Assembly (NCBI GenBank): GCA_021794075.1
Contig: JAJYRM010000008.1
Location: 5,022-69,021 of the forward strand
Origin: Bacteroidota bacterium
GTDB taxonomy: Bacteria > Bacteroidota > Ignavibacteria > Kryptoniales > JAKASW01
Length of the DNA stretch: 64,000 nt
Reading direction: 5' to 3'
Part shown: one piece after another, positions 54,246 through 63,204 of the stretch
How positions within the stretch are numbered: position 1 is the first letter of the stretch
How the letters are laid out: every line of letters begins with the position of its first letter
Translations under genes and position numbers: made by a program
Notes under the pieces: model-generated
The model's database searches: none
What the model was told of the DNA's origin: nothing
What the model saw: the letters and a program-made list of their open reading frames with translations, nothing else

Positions 54246-54946
54246 TGCGGAAGAGGCACAGCGCGGAGCATGATAACCAGGAAAGATGGCTCCTGACGTA
54301 TTCAGACTTGATCACGCTTCTTCTGGGCCTCTTTGTAATACTATATGCCAGCTCCCAGGTCGATATGAAAAAATACAAGCTGGTCGTTTCTGCTTTCGAG
54401 AATGTGTTCGGCGGCGGGAACACTGCCGGTCCACTTCCAGGGAGCCAGGGAGTGATGACCGCCCCGTCGGTCACCCCCCCTATGAGACAGTCCATGGAAA
54501 TGGAACGCAAGGTAAAATCCGTTCTGGGAAACAACCTGAGAAGCGGCAATATCTTGATTACAGAGGACGAACGTGGAGTGACAGTCCATTTCCTTGAGAA
54601 GTTGATGTTTGATCCCGGCAAAGCCGATATCAAACCTGATGCGCTCCCGGCACTCGATACGCTAGGGTTCCTACTTTCATCCATACCGAACGAGATTCGC
54701 ATCGAAGGAAACACCGACAATACGCCGATTCACACGGCGCTTTACCCGTCTAACTGGCAGCTGTCAATTGCACGGGCGATGAATGTGGGTTATTATTTAT
54801 TGAAACATTATCCAATACGGCCGGAGAAAGTGGCGATAGTCGGCTACGGGCAATATCATCCTCTTGTTCCGAACGACACCCCGGCCGACAAAGGAGAAAA
54901 CAGGAGAGTAGACATTGTCATACTCAACCGCATCACGTCAAAATGA
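54245..54946 (+). CDS. motB: Flagellar stator protein MotB
   Basis: WLLTYSDLITLLLGLFVILY with the conserved Asp, and a C-terminal OmpA-like domain (IRIEGNTDNTPI ... NRRVDIVIL). Confidence 0.9.
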   Translation: MRKRHSAEHDNQERWLLTYSDLITLLLGLFVILYASSQVDMKKYKLVVSAFENVFGGGNTAGPLPGSQGVMTAPSVTPPMRQSMEMERKVKSVLGNNLRSGNILITEDERGVTVHFLEKLMFDPGKADIKPDALPALDTLGFLLSSIPNEIRIEGNTDNTPIHTALYPSNWQLSIARAMNVGYYLLKHYPIRPEKVAIVGYGQYHPLVPNDTPADKGENRRVDIVILNRITSK

Positions 54947-54989
54947 CCCCGCATGGCGGGAAAGGACTGAGGAGAACGTGGAAGTGAAA

Positions 54990-55382
54990 ATGAAACTTGT
55001 GACGAGGCAGTTTGGTGAATTGGAGTTCGACGAGAGTATAATTTACCATTTCCCGAACGGCTTGCCCGGTTTTGAAGAACTTCACAACTTCATTATTATA
55101 GACGAGAAGGACACCGAGCCATTGCGCTGGCTGCTTTCCGTGGATGACCCTAACATTGGGTTTGCGCTTTTGGAGGCTTCGCTGGTTGCTCCCGATATTT
55201 ACAGGGAACTCCCTTCGGAAGAAAAATCGTCTATGGCGTTCGTTGTCGTGGTCCTGCGGCGAAATCCCGACCCGACCACGGCGAATTTAAAGGCGCCGAT
55301 CATACTTAACGAGGCCACGAGGACCGGGAAGCAGGTCGTCCTAAATTCTGATAGATTTTCTACACAATACAAGATTAACTGA
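54990..55382 (+). CDS. fliW: Flagellar assembly factor FliW
   Basis: FGELEFDESIIYHFPNGLPGFEELHNFIII...PLRWLLSVDDPNIGFAL ... ANLKAPIILN is the FliW family pattern. Start taken at MKLVTRQ; the 25 upstream codons of the track ORF overlap motB. Confidence 0.88.
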   Translation: MKLVTRQFGELEFDESIIYHFPNGLPGFEELHNFIIIDEKDTEPLRWLLSVDDPNIGFALLEASLVAPDIYRELPSEEKSSMAFVVVVLRRNPDPTTANLKAPIILNEATRTGKQVVLNSDRFSTQYKIN

Positions 55383-55397
55383 CCATGGAAGGCTAGC

Positions 55398-55679
55398 ATG
55401 TTAGTATTGACAAGGAAGTTGGGCGAAGTAATAAAAATCGGCGACAAGGTTAAAGTCGTCGTAGTCGCCGTAGATGGTGGTAGCGTCAAGCTTGGCATCG
55501 AAGCTCCGGACGAAATCCCAGTTCACAGAGAAGAAGTCTACGTGAAGATAGCATCGGAGAACAAGGAAGCTTCGTCAAGGCTCGACAGGGATAGCGCTAA
55601 AGCGCTGAAGGACATGCTTTCAAAAGGTTCTCCGCGAGCAAGCAAGGACTCGGAACGAACGGGAAAGAAGAATGCCTGA
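55398..55679 (+). CDS. csrA: Carbon storage regulator CsrA (long C-terminal tail)
   Basis: MLVLTRKLGEVIKIGDKVKVVVVAVDGGSVKLGIEAPDEIPVHREEVY is canonical CsrA, followed by a charged tail of about 40 aa. Confidence 0.93.
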   Translation: MLVLTRKLGEVIKIGDKVKVVVVAVDGGSVKLGIEAPDEIPVHREEVYVKIASENKEASSRLDRDSAKALKDMLSKGSPRASKDSERTGKKNA

Positions 55680-56388
55680 CGCTGCTCAGAAGCGCGTTCT
55701 GGTAATAGACGACACGAAAATCATCCAGAGGTTCGCCGAAGATTTCTTCAAGCGGATGAATATGTCCGTGTCGCTGGCTTCCGACGGTTATGAAGGCTTG
55801 CGGATGGCGCTTTCCTCCCGACCTGATGTTATATTCCTTGACCTGATGATGCCGAGGCTCGATGGCTTTAAAACTCTTCAGGTCATAAAATCTAATGAGG
55901 TCACCAAGGATGTCCCGGTCGTAGTCATGACGGCATACTCTGACAGGATAAATGTCGTGTCGGCGGGTAAGTTGGGCGCCGCTGCTGTCATTACGAAACC
56001 TCTTTCCGAAGAAGTCCTCTTGCAGAAATTACAACAGGTCTTCGGCAGGAACTTTATTAGGTCGATGATCCCGCGGGATCCGAAGGAAAAAGAAAACCCG
56101 TTCGGTGTGAAGGAAGAAGAGTACAGCGACGTCGTGCGAAGTATGGTCGAGGAATTCGTGGCGTACTTTGGCGAGCAGGTTGACTTGCTGGAAAAGGCTG
56201 TTCACGAAAAGGACATCAATACCATCAGAACGATTACCCATAACATCCGGGGCACGGGCGGATCGTTTGGTTATGATGAGGCGACTACGCTTGCGACCCG
56301 GCTGAACGAGGTCGTCCACCATTCCCCCGTTGATTGGGAGAACGCGGAAGAATTGCTTTTACAGTTAAAGAACAGGTTGAAAAAATGA
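55672..56388 (+). CDS. Response-regulator receiver fused to an HPt domain
   Basis: REC residues (VIDDT, FLDLMMPRLDG, VMTAYS, ITKPL) plus a C-terminal HPt (IRTITHNIRGTGGSFGYDEATTLATRL). The ATG lies inside the last codons of csrA. Confidence 0.8.
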   Translation: MPDAAQKRVLVIDDTKIIQRFAEDFFKRMNMSVSLASDGYEGLRMALSSRPDVIFLDLMMPRLDGFKTLQVIKSNEVTKDVPVVVMTAYSDRINVVSAGKLGAAAVITKPLSEEVLLQKLQQVFGRNFIRSMIPRDPKEKENPFGVKEEEYSDVVRSMVEEFVAYFGEQVDLLEKAVHEKDINTIRTITHNIRGTGGSFGYDEATTLATRLNEVVHHSPVDWENAEELLLQLKNRLKK

Positions 56389-56768
56389 AAGCGCTGGTTG
56401 CGGATGATGTACCGATGATCAGGAAACTCGTGGAGTTTCATCTGAAACAAGTCGGTTTTGATATTTCAAATGCTGCCGATGGGGCGGAGGCGCTCATGCT
56501 CGCGGAGACCAACAAGTATGATTTGATACTTTTGGACATAATGATGCCTGAGATGGATGGACTCGAGGTCCTGCGGCGAATTCGATCGGGAAACGTAAAC
56601 AAGGCCACACCGATAATAATCATGACCGCTTACGGCGATTCCGCGAACGTGAAAAAGGCGGTCGAATTCGGCGCGAACGACTTCATCGTTAAACCGGTGG
56701 AACAAGTTTCGTTTAGGAAGAAAGTTGTCAATGCGGTCAGTTCGCGGTCGAAGGAAGGCGGCAAATGA
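56385..56768 (+). CDS. Single-domain response regulator (CheY-like)
   Basis: ALVADDVPMIRK, LLDIMMPEMDG, IMTAYGD, FIVKPV. An ATGA overlap links it to the previous gene. Confidence 0.85.
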   Translation: MKALVADDVPMIRKLVEFHLKQVGFDISNAADGAEALMLAETNKYDLILLDIMMPEMDGLEVLRRIRSGNVNKATPIIIMTAYGDSANVKKAVEFGANDFIVKPVEQVSFRKKVVNAVSSRSKEGGK

Positions 56769-58285
56769 GACTTTCGCTCTCCATGATCGTGAAGAATGAA
56801 GAGCGTTTTCTTCCCGGTTGCCTTGAAAGCGTAAAAGCGCTAGTCGACGAGATGGTGATCGCCGATACCGGCTCCACCGATGGGACGAAAGAGATAGCCA
56901 TCAGCTTTGGAGCCAAGGTGATAGACTATCCCTGGCGAAACGATTTCTCTGCCGCGCGAAACGAATCCCTTCGACACGCTACCGGCGATTGGATCTTGTA
57001 TCTGGATGCTGACGAGAGAATTGACGCTTCTTATCACGCATTGATCCGGAAAATAATCTCATCACGAAAAGCCGATGCCTATCTTCTCAATCTGAAGAGC
57101 AAGATCGGTACGAGGGAAGACGCTCAGTACCATCTTGTCGCTTACCCACGCTTGTTCAGAAAAATGAAAGACGTTTTCTTCACCGGGCAAGTCCACGAGC
57201 AGGTAACCCCCTCGCTCTTGAAAGCGTCTGCCCGAATAATTCCTTCGGACGTGATTATCGATCATCTGGGTTATGCCCAGGATGATGATGTTATACTAGA
57301 GAAGGCCAGGCGTAATCGTGTGTTGCTTCTATCACAGGTCGAGAAACGGGAGAACTACGGCTACGCGCTCTACCAGCTCGGCCAAACTGAAATTGTCCTC
57401 GGTAATATAGATGCGGGTCTGCTCCGCCTCGAAGAGGCACTCGCCGCCGGCGGCATCGGTGATTCTGTGGTGGCTTCGATTCACGGTATCATCGCGGAGA
57501 ATTTGATGAAGCGGGGGAATTACGACGCTGCCATCCTCGCTTGCGACAGGTCGCTTGCCTCTGCGCCGACTCAGAGCTTCGCTCACATTTTGAAAGGGGA
57601 CGTTCTCGCGAAACTTGGGAATCATTCGGATTCTGTTAAGGAATACACCTCCGCGCTGAAAGAGTATGAATCTGGAATTTTGGAAGGGAAGACGCATACG
57701 GCTGTCGAACCAGTATTCGACAAGTACGTGCTTTACGCCAGGATCGCAAACGCTGCGCTCCTCGCCGGTGATGAAGGAACGGCGGTCACTTATTTCGGGA
57801 AGGCCGCGCGGCAGAAACGCACTCCGCATAACGTTACCAGGTATGTTGAGCTCCTCGTGAAAGAAGGGATGCTTGACGAAGCCGCAAAAAGCGCGGATGA
57901 GTTTTCCGAGTTCAAAGAGGAAGATTGGTATCTGAGGCTGATGTCGTCGGTCTTCATGGAGAAGGGGGATTATGATCAGGCGTCTCGTTTCCTCGGCTGC
58001 GTTTCGTCCCATGACGCCGTTTCCCTAGGCAGCCTTGCTAAGTGCAGGATGAAAGGCGAAGATTTCACTGGAGCGGAATATGCATTCCTTCAGGCTGTCG
58101 AGCTCGGCTACGATGACGAGAATGGACTCGAACTTCTCGGACTTGTTCAGTTCAAGCTCTTGAAGTTCACTGAAGCGGCAGACACGCTCGCTCGGGTAGT
58201 CAAGGCCAATCCTTCCAATGCCCGCGCGGCGAAGTTTCTCCAGGCGGCAAGGTCGCAAGTTGTGTCCTCCGCATTAGCGAGGTAA
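56765..58285 (+). CDS. Family-2 glycosyltransferase fused to TPR repeats
   Basis: GT2 N-terminus (LSLSMIVKNEERFLPGCLESV...VIADTGSTDGT...LYLDADE) followed by about 300 aa of TPR-like helical repeats. Confidence 0.8.
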   Translation: MRLSLSMIVKNEERFLPGCLESVKALVDEMVIADTGSTDGTKEIAISFGAKVIDYPWRNDFSAARNESLRHATGDWILYLDADERIDASYHALIRKIISSRKADAYLLNLKSKIGTREDAQYHLVAYPRLFRKMKDVFFTGQVHEQVTPSLLKASARIIPSDVIIDHLGYAQDDDVILEKARRNRVLLLSQVEKRENYGYALYQLGQTEIVLGNIDAGLLRLEEALAAGGIGDSVVASIHGIIAENLMKRGNYDAAILACDRSLASAPTQSFAHILKGDVLAKLGNHSDSVKEYTSALKEYESGILEGKTHTAVEPVFDKYVLYARIANAALLAGDEGTAVTYFGKAARQKRTPHNVTRYVELLVKEGMLDEAAKSADEFSEFKEEDWYLRLMSSVFMEKGDYDQASRFLGCVSSHDAVSLGSLAKCRMKGEDFTGAEYAFLQAVELGYDDENGLELLGLVQFKLLKFTEAADTLARVVKANPSNARAAKFLQAARSQVVSSALAR

Positions 58286-58333
58286 AATCCCTACTCCTGC
58301 CGGAACCTTTTATATCCAGAGATACTATTTACC

Positions 58334-58358
58334 ACACGCCATTTCAGCGTGTTTTCTT
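58334..58358 (+). terminator. Weak candidate terminator after the flagellar super-operon
   Basis: ACACGC-catttca-GCGTGT (6-bp stem) followed by TTTCTT. The stem is short, so confidence is low. Confidence 0.25.
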
Positions 58359-58387
58359 GATTCACTGGGCTGTTTATTCTAACTTTA

Positions 58388-59329
58388 ATGAGCATTATGG
58401 CACGAGAAGATAGTATTACTGAAATTTTCAATATTAGTCGTTCTGAGTCGGATAGGGCAGGTTACATAGCGATCGTCGGAGGCGGACTTATGGGCAGAGG
58501 CATTGCCGAGACCGCCGCGACCGTCGGCATAAATGTCCTAATAATTGAGCGCGACGAGGAATCTGCGGATGCCTGCAGGCAAAGGATATCTGAGACGCTC
58601 GATTCCGAAATTGAACGATGGGCACTGACAAAAAGTGAGAAGAAAGCGATTCTCTCCCGCCTGAAATTCTCAACAGACCTCACCGAAGTAGCTGAGTGCG
58701 ACCTCATAATCGAGGCTATCGAAGAAGACTTCACGTCGAAGAAAATGGTATTCAAAGAGCTTGACCGGATCTGTGACGCGAATACGATTTTTGTCTCGAA
58801 TACGGCAACCCTCAGCCTTACGAAGCTGGCGGACGCGACGACGCGTCCTGACAAGATTATAGGCGTGCACTTTCTTAATCCTGTCCCGAAGATACCGCTT
58901 GTCGAGGTTGTCCGCGCTCTGAAGACCAGCGACGATACCTTCAAAAGGATAAAGAAATTTGCCGAGGATATCGGCAAGACTGTGGTCGAAGTGTTCGAAT
59001 ACCCCGGTTTTGTGACTACGAGAGTTATCCTTCCGCTTCTGAATGAAGCGATGCAGGTTCTCCTCGAGGGAATTGCAACTGCCGAAGGTATTGACACGGC
59101 GATCAAGCTCGGTTACGGCCTGAACGTCGGTCCGCTCGAGATGGCCGATTCAATGGGACTCGATGAGGTCTTAACGTGGCTCGATACCATGTACCACGAG
59201 CTCGGCACCGCGCAATATCGGGCGAGCCCCATCCTGAGAAGAAAAGTTCGCGAAGGTCACCTGGGGAAAAAGACAAGTCAGGGCTTTTTCAAGTACGATG
59301 AGTCGGGAAAGAGAATAGACGTCAATTAA
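58388..59329 (+). CDS. 3-hydroxyacyl/3-hydroxybutyryl-CoA dehydrogenase
   Basis: NAD-binding IAIVGGGLMGRGIA, HFLNPVPKIPLVEVV, and a C-terminal 3HCDH domain (GPLEMADSMGLD). Confidence 0.85.
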   Translation: MSIMAREDSITEIFNISRSESDRAGYIAIVGGGLMGRGIAETAATVGINVLIIERDEESADACRQRISETLDSEIERWALTKSEKKAILSRLKFSTDLTEVAECDLIIEAIEEDFTSKKMVFKELDRICDANTIFVSNTATLSLTKLADATTRPDKIIGVHFLNPVPKIPLVEVVRALKTSDDTFKRIKKFAEDIGKTVVEVFEYPGFVTTRVILPLLNEAMQVLLEGIATAEGIDTAIKLGYGLNVGPLEMADSMGLDEVLTWLDTMYHELGTAQYRASPILRRKVREGHLGKKTSQGFFKYDESGKRIDVN

Positions 59330-59362
59330 TAGTCTTCTTTCATGAAGAAGAAAGATGAAATG

Positions 59363-60643
59363 AAAGTCCTCGTTTTAAATTCCGGAAGTTCCTCCGTAAA
59401 ATATCAGTTCATAGACCTTAAAGACCAGACTGTTCTGGCGAAGGGGTTGATAGACCGCGTGGGGATGAGCGATTCGGTGGTAACCCATGAAAGGTACGAC
59501 GGCGATAAAGTCAAGATTAGCGCCGAAGTACTGGACCATCAGACCGCCATTGAGTATGTGTTAGCCGTTCTATTGAGCAAGAACCACGGTGTCATTAAAG
59601 ATAAGTCTGAGATCGATGCCGTGGGGCATCGCGTGGTCCACGGAGGTGAAAGCTTTTCCGAAAGCGTGCTCATAGACGAAAAGGTGATGGACGATGTTCG
59701 TGAGAATATCGAGCTTGCGCCGCTGCACAACCCGCATAACCTTCGTGGTATCCAGGCTGTCCTAAAACATCTTCCGGGGACTCCACAGGTTGCCGTTTTT
59801 GATACGGCCTTTCACCAAAAGATGCCTCCTTACGCGTTCCTCTACGGCATACCGTATCTCCTTTATCGACGCTATAAGATCCGGCGCTACGGATTCCACG
59901 GCACCTCTCACTTCTACGTGTCTCAAAGAGCGGCGGAGCTTCTCGGGAAACCGATCGAGAAACTTAAGATAATCACCGCTCACCTTGGAAATGGTTGCAG
60001 CATGGCCGCGGTTAATGGCGGAGTGTCGGTCGACACCTCGATGGGATTCACTCCGCTTGAAGGATTGTTAATGGGAACGAGAAGCGGCGACCTAGATCCG
60101 CAGATCATTCTGCACATAGTGGGAAGGGAAGGATTGTCGCTTGCGGAGGCAAACACGCTTCTTAATAAACACAGCGGCCTGCTCGGCATTTCGGGGCTTA
60201 CGAGCGACATGAGGGAAATCATTTCTGAGAAGAAGGCGGGGAACAAACAGGCCGAACTCGCTTTTGAAGTCTTCACTTACAGAATTAAGAAATATATAGG
60301 TTCCTACGCGGCCGCAATGGGCGGCGTGGACGCGATTGTGTTTACGGGGGGAATCGGAGAGAATAGTCCCGACGTCCGCGCGGAAAGTTGCAAGGGACTC
60401 GAATTTCTCGGTGTCAGCATCGATGCGGAGAAGAATAACTCCGCCGATAAGGAGAAGGTGATCAGTTCCGATTCTTCCAGGGTAAAAGTGTTCGCCTTGC
60501 CGACTAACGAGGAACTCGTTATCGCTCTCGATACGATGAGAATTGTAGACGCCGCCTCGCACCCGTCGTCCGCTGCCGGACATGGGGGAGACGGAAAAGC
60601 TTCCGGGGAGGTAAGAAATGAAAAAGTTGATTCTGCTGGTTAG
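59363..60643 (+). CDS. ackA: Acetate kinase
   Basis: MKVLVLNSGSSSVKYQ, GHRVVHGG, FDTAFHQ, HGTSH, HLGNGCS, FTGGIGENS. It carries a C-terminal extension of about 35 aa. Confidence 0.93.
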   Translation, partial: KVLVLNSGSSSVKYQFIDLKDQTVLAKGLIDRVGMSDSVVTHERYDGDKVKISAEVLDHQTAIEYVLAVLLSKNHGVIKDKSEIDAVGHRVVHGGESFSESVLIDEKVMDDVRENIELAPLHNPHNLRGIQAVLKHLPGTPQVAVFDTAFHQKMPPYAFLYGIPYLLYRRYKIRRYGFHGTSHFYVSQRAAELLGKPIEKLKIITAHLGNGCSMAAVNGGVSVDTSMGFTPLEGLLMGTRSGDLDPQIILHIVGREGLSLAEANTLLNKHSGLLGISGLTSDMREIISEKKAGNKQAELAFEVFTYRIKKYIGSYAAAMGGVDAIVFTGGIGENSPDVRAESCKGLEFLGVSIDAEKNNSADKEKVISSDSSRVKVFALPTNEELVIALDTMRIVDAASHPSSAAGHGGDGKASGEVRNEKVDSAG

Positions 60644-60767
60644 CGCGGCCGCTATCGCGGCTGGTGTCGCTTACGTCGTCATCAAGACGGTCGAAGAACT
60701 GCAGTTCCAAGAAAAAGAAGACCTGACGTCGGAAGACGTCGAGTCTCAGCTGCTTCAGCACGAGTAG
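60618..60767 (+). CDS. Possible 49-aa single-TM micro-protein
   Basis: Not in the ORF track. GGGGAGG lies 7 nt upstream of ATG 60618. Sequence: MKKLILLVSAAAIAAGVAYVVIKTVEELQFQEKEDLTSEDVESQLLQHE. It overlaps the ackA tail by 26 nt. Confidence 0.3.
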   Translation: MKKLILLVSAAAIAAGVAYVVIKTVEELQFQEKEDLTSEDVESQLLQHE

Positions 60768-60774
60768 GACTTCA

Positions 60775-61548
60775 TTGCTTCCAAAAGTTATTGGAGTAGT
60801 CCACCTCCTTCCTCTCCCCGGTTCCCCTGGATATGGCGGCTCTATTGACGGCGTGCTCACGCACGCGATCGAAGATTGCAAGGCGTATCATGAAGGTGGC
60901 GTCGAAGGAGTAATCGTAGAGAATTTCGGGGACGTTCCGTTTTCTGCCGGAACAGTCGAACCGGTTACCGTGGCAGCGATGACCCGTGCCGCCGTGGAGC
61001 TTAAGCGTGAGTTTCCTGACATCTATTTCGGTCTGAATGTGCTGCGCAACGACGCGGAGTCGGCGTTAAGCATCGCTTACGTTACCGGTGCCGGTTTCAT
61101 TCGTGTAAATGTTCATGTCGGCGCGGTTGTAGCCGATCAAGGAATAATCCAGGGGAAAGCATATCAGACACTTCGGCTGAGAAAAAACCTCAACTCATCG
61201 GTTCAAATACTTGCCGACATCGATGTCAAGCACTCCGCTCAGATCGGCGACTACGACATAAAAGTACAGGCCGCCGACGCGCTTGAAAGAGGGCTTGCCG
61301 ACGCGCTTGTGATAAGCGGTTCGCGTACGGGACAGGCTGTGGACATGGAGCAGCTTAGACAATTGCGCCGCGAGTTTAAGGAGGCAAACATCGTGATAGG
61401 GAGCGGAGCCAACAGCTCCAACGTGAACTTACTTCTTAAGTACGCGAACAACGTGATAGTTGGAACTTCGATAAAGAAAGACGGCGTTACTTCGAGCCCT
61501 GTCGATCCCAAACGGCTGGCTGCTTTCGTGAAGGCTGCCGGCATTTAG
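60775..61548 (+). CDS. BtpA/SgcQ-family (TIM-barrel) protein
   Basis: VIGVVHLLPLPGSPGY and the overall pattern match the BtpA family. TTG start. Confidence 0.7.
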   Translation: MLPKVIGVVHLLPLPGSPGYGGSIDGVLTHAIEDCKAYHEGGVEGVIVENFGDVPFSAGTVEPVTVAAMTRAAVELKREFPDIYFGLNVLRNDAESALSIAYVTGAGFIRVNVHVGAVVADQGIIQGKAYQTLRLRKNLNSSVQILADIDVKHSAQIGDYDIKVQAADALERGLADALVISGSRTGQAVDMEQLRQLRREFKEANIVIGSGANSSNVNLLLKYANNVIVGTSIKKDGVTSSPVDPKRLAAFVKAAGI

Positions 61549-61816
61549 ATCTGCACGCTTCGAGATCTCATTCGCCCGTAAGAGATGAACGCCTGCTTTA
61601 CCATGGTACGCGCTTAAATTTTATATCTCAATCACGAATCGTGCAATTAATCTCTTCTGATCCCGAGCGCGCTAGTATCACCCAACCAAGCCTTTCGCAC
61701 TCGGTGGGCTTTGCCTGTGCCATTCGTGTTGTCGTTATTTTACTACTACCTCCTCAAGTATAAAATCCGCGCCTCCCTCGCTTGTCTCTCCTAACAGTTC
61801 TGTTTAATTTGCAGAC

Positions 61817-63190
61817 ATGGGAGGAATCAGTATGACATTCGTGAACGCGCCGGCGTTCAGTGCGGCTGCCATGGTGGCTGGAGCTGATCCCGTCGTGAAG
61901 GTGCTCGTCTATCTTGTTGTCATGCTTGTCGCGGCGAAACTTGGCGCGGAGCTTTTTGAAAGGATCGGTCAACCGGCGGTGCTCGGCGAGCTGATTGCCG
62001 GCGTTGTTCTCGGCAACCTCGTGCTCTTGGACAGTGGATGGACCTTCTTCGAGGCACTGCGCGCGAATGTCTTGACCGATCACGCGGCGATCGCCATCGA
62101 CATTCTCGCAAAGATTGGAATAATAATACTCCTTTTCGAAGTTGGGCTCGAATCAAGCGTGAAGGATATGAGACGCGTGGGTTTCTCTTCTTTCCTGGTT
62201 GCCGTGATAGGAGTCGTCCTTCCGTTCGTGCTGGGCTATTTCGTCTCGACAATCTTCGTGACGAAGGTCCCGAAGGAAATACTGGCGATTTCCCCGAACT
62301 TCAATATTCATAATATTCATTTATTCATCGGCGCGACGCTTTGCGCCACCAGTGTCGGGATCACTGCGCGTGTTTTCCAGGACATGGGGAAGATTCAGAT
62401 ACCGGAGGCAAGAATAGTGCTCGGCGCCGCCGTTATCGATGACGTCCTCGGATTGATTATCCTCGCGACGGTCTCTGCAATAGTTTCTTCGGCGGAGATG
62501 GGAACGGATCTATCTTTCATGGAGATCGCCAAGCTGACGTTGATCGCGGTTGGTTTCCTGGTCGGGGCTATCATCATCGGAACATATATCATACCGAAGC
62601 TCATGAAAGTCGCGGCGAAATTCAGAACGCAGGGTCTGATGCTCATTACGGCGATCCTGTTCTGCTTCGGGCTGTCGGCGCTTGCCAGCGAGGCGGGCCT
62701 TGCCTCCATCGTAGGCGCATTTGCAGCAGGGCTAATACTTGAGGAAATACATTTTAAGGAGTTTGGCAGCAACACCACCATCAAGAGCCTGATCCAACCG
62801 ATTGCCATCATATTTGTTCCGGTTTTTTTTGTGCTCATGGGAATCCAGGTCCGGGTCGAAAGCTTTCTTATACCTTCTATACTCGGAATTTCCGCTGGTC
62901 TTATCGTGGTCGCTTTTATAGGCAAGCAGGCTTGCGGACTGGTGGTAAGGGAAAAGGATGTCGACCGCGTGACTGTCGGATTGGGAATGATACCTCGGGG
63001 GGAAGTGGGCTTGATCTTCGCGAGCATCGGCAAGGGGCTCGGCGTGATCAATGACGATATTTTCTCCGCCATTGTTATAATGGTTATCGTGACTACGTTC
63101 GTGACGCCGCCTCTTCTGAAGTGGTCCATTGCCCGCGCAGAGAAGAGAATCAGGATCAAACAAAAAACCGCTCGAGGTATTGCCGAATGA
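61817..63190 (+). CDS. Cation:proton antiporter (CPA family Na+/H+ or K+/H+ exchanger)
   Basis: About 12 TM segments and a typical exchanger N-terminus (GAELFERIGQPAVLGELIAGVVLG). No C-terminal KTN domain. Confidence 0.85.
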   Translation: MGGISMTFVNAPAFSAAAMVAGADPVVKVLVYLVVMLVAAKLGAELFERIGQPAVLGELIAGVVLGNLVLLDSGWTFFEALRANVLTDHAAIAIDILAKIGIIILLFEVGLESSVKDMRRVGFSSFLVAVIGVVLPFVLGYFVSTIFVTKVPKEILAISPNFNIHNIHLFIGATLCATSVGITARVFQDMGKIQIPEARIVLGAAVIDDVLGLIILATVSAIVSSAEMGTDLSFMEIAKLTLIAVGFLVGAIIIGTYIIPKLMKVAAKFRTQGLMLITAILFCFGLSALASEAGLASIVGAFAAGLILEEIHFKEFGSNTTIKSLIQPIAIIFVPVFFVLMGIQVRVESFLIPSILGISAGLIVVAFIGKQACGLVVREKDVDRVTVGLGMIPRGEVGLIFASIGKGLGVINDDIFSAIVIMVIVTTFVTPPLLKWSIARAEKRIRIKQKTARGIAE

Positions 63191-63204
63191 AATCAGATTT
63201 GTTC

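Noticed and set aside
54915-54989. 25-codon N-terminal extension of the fliW ORF overlapping motB
   Set aside because: FliW family proteins begin near MKLVTRQFGE. The extension overlaps the motB 3' end and has no homology signal.
57332-58012. 226-aa minus-strand ORF antisense to the GT2-TPR gene
   Set aside because: Shadow ORF with no motif. The sense strand carries GT2 and TPR signatures.
62395-63159. 254-aa minus-strand ORF antisense to the antiporter gene
   Set aside because: Reverse frames of hydrophobic membrane genes often stay open. The sense-strand product has clear exchanger features.
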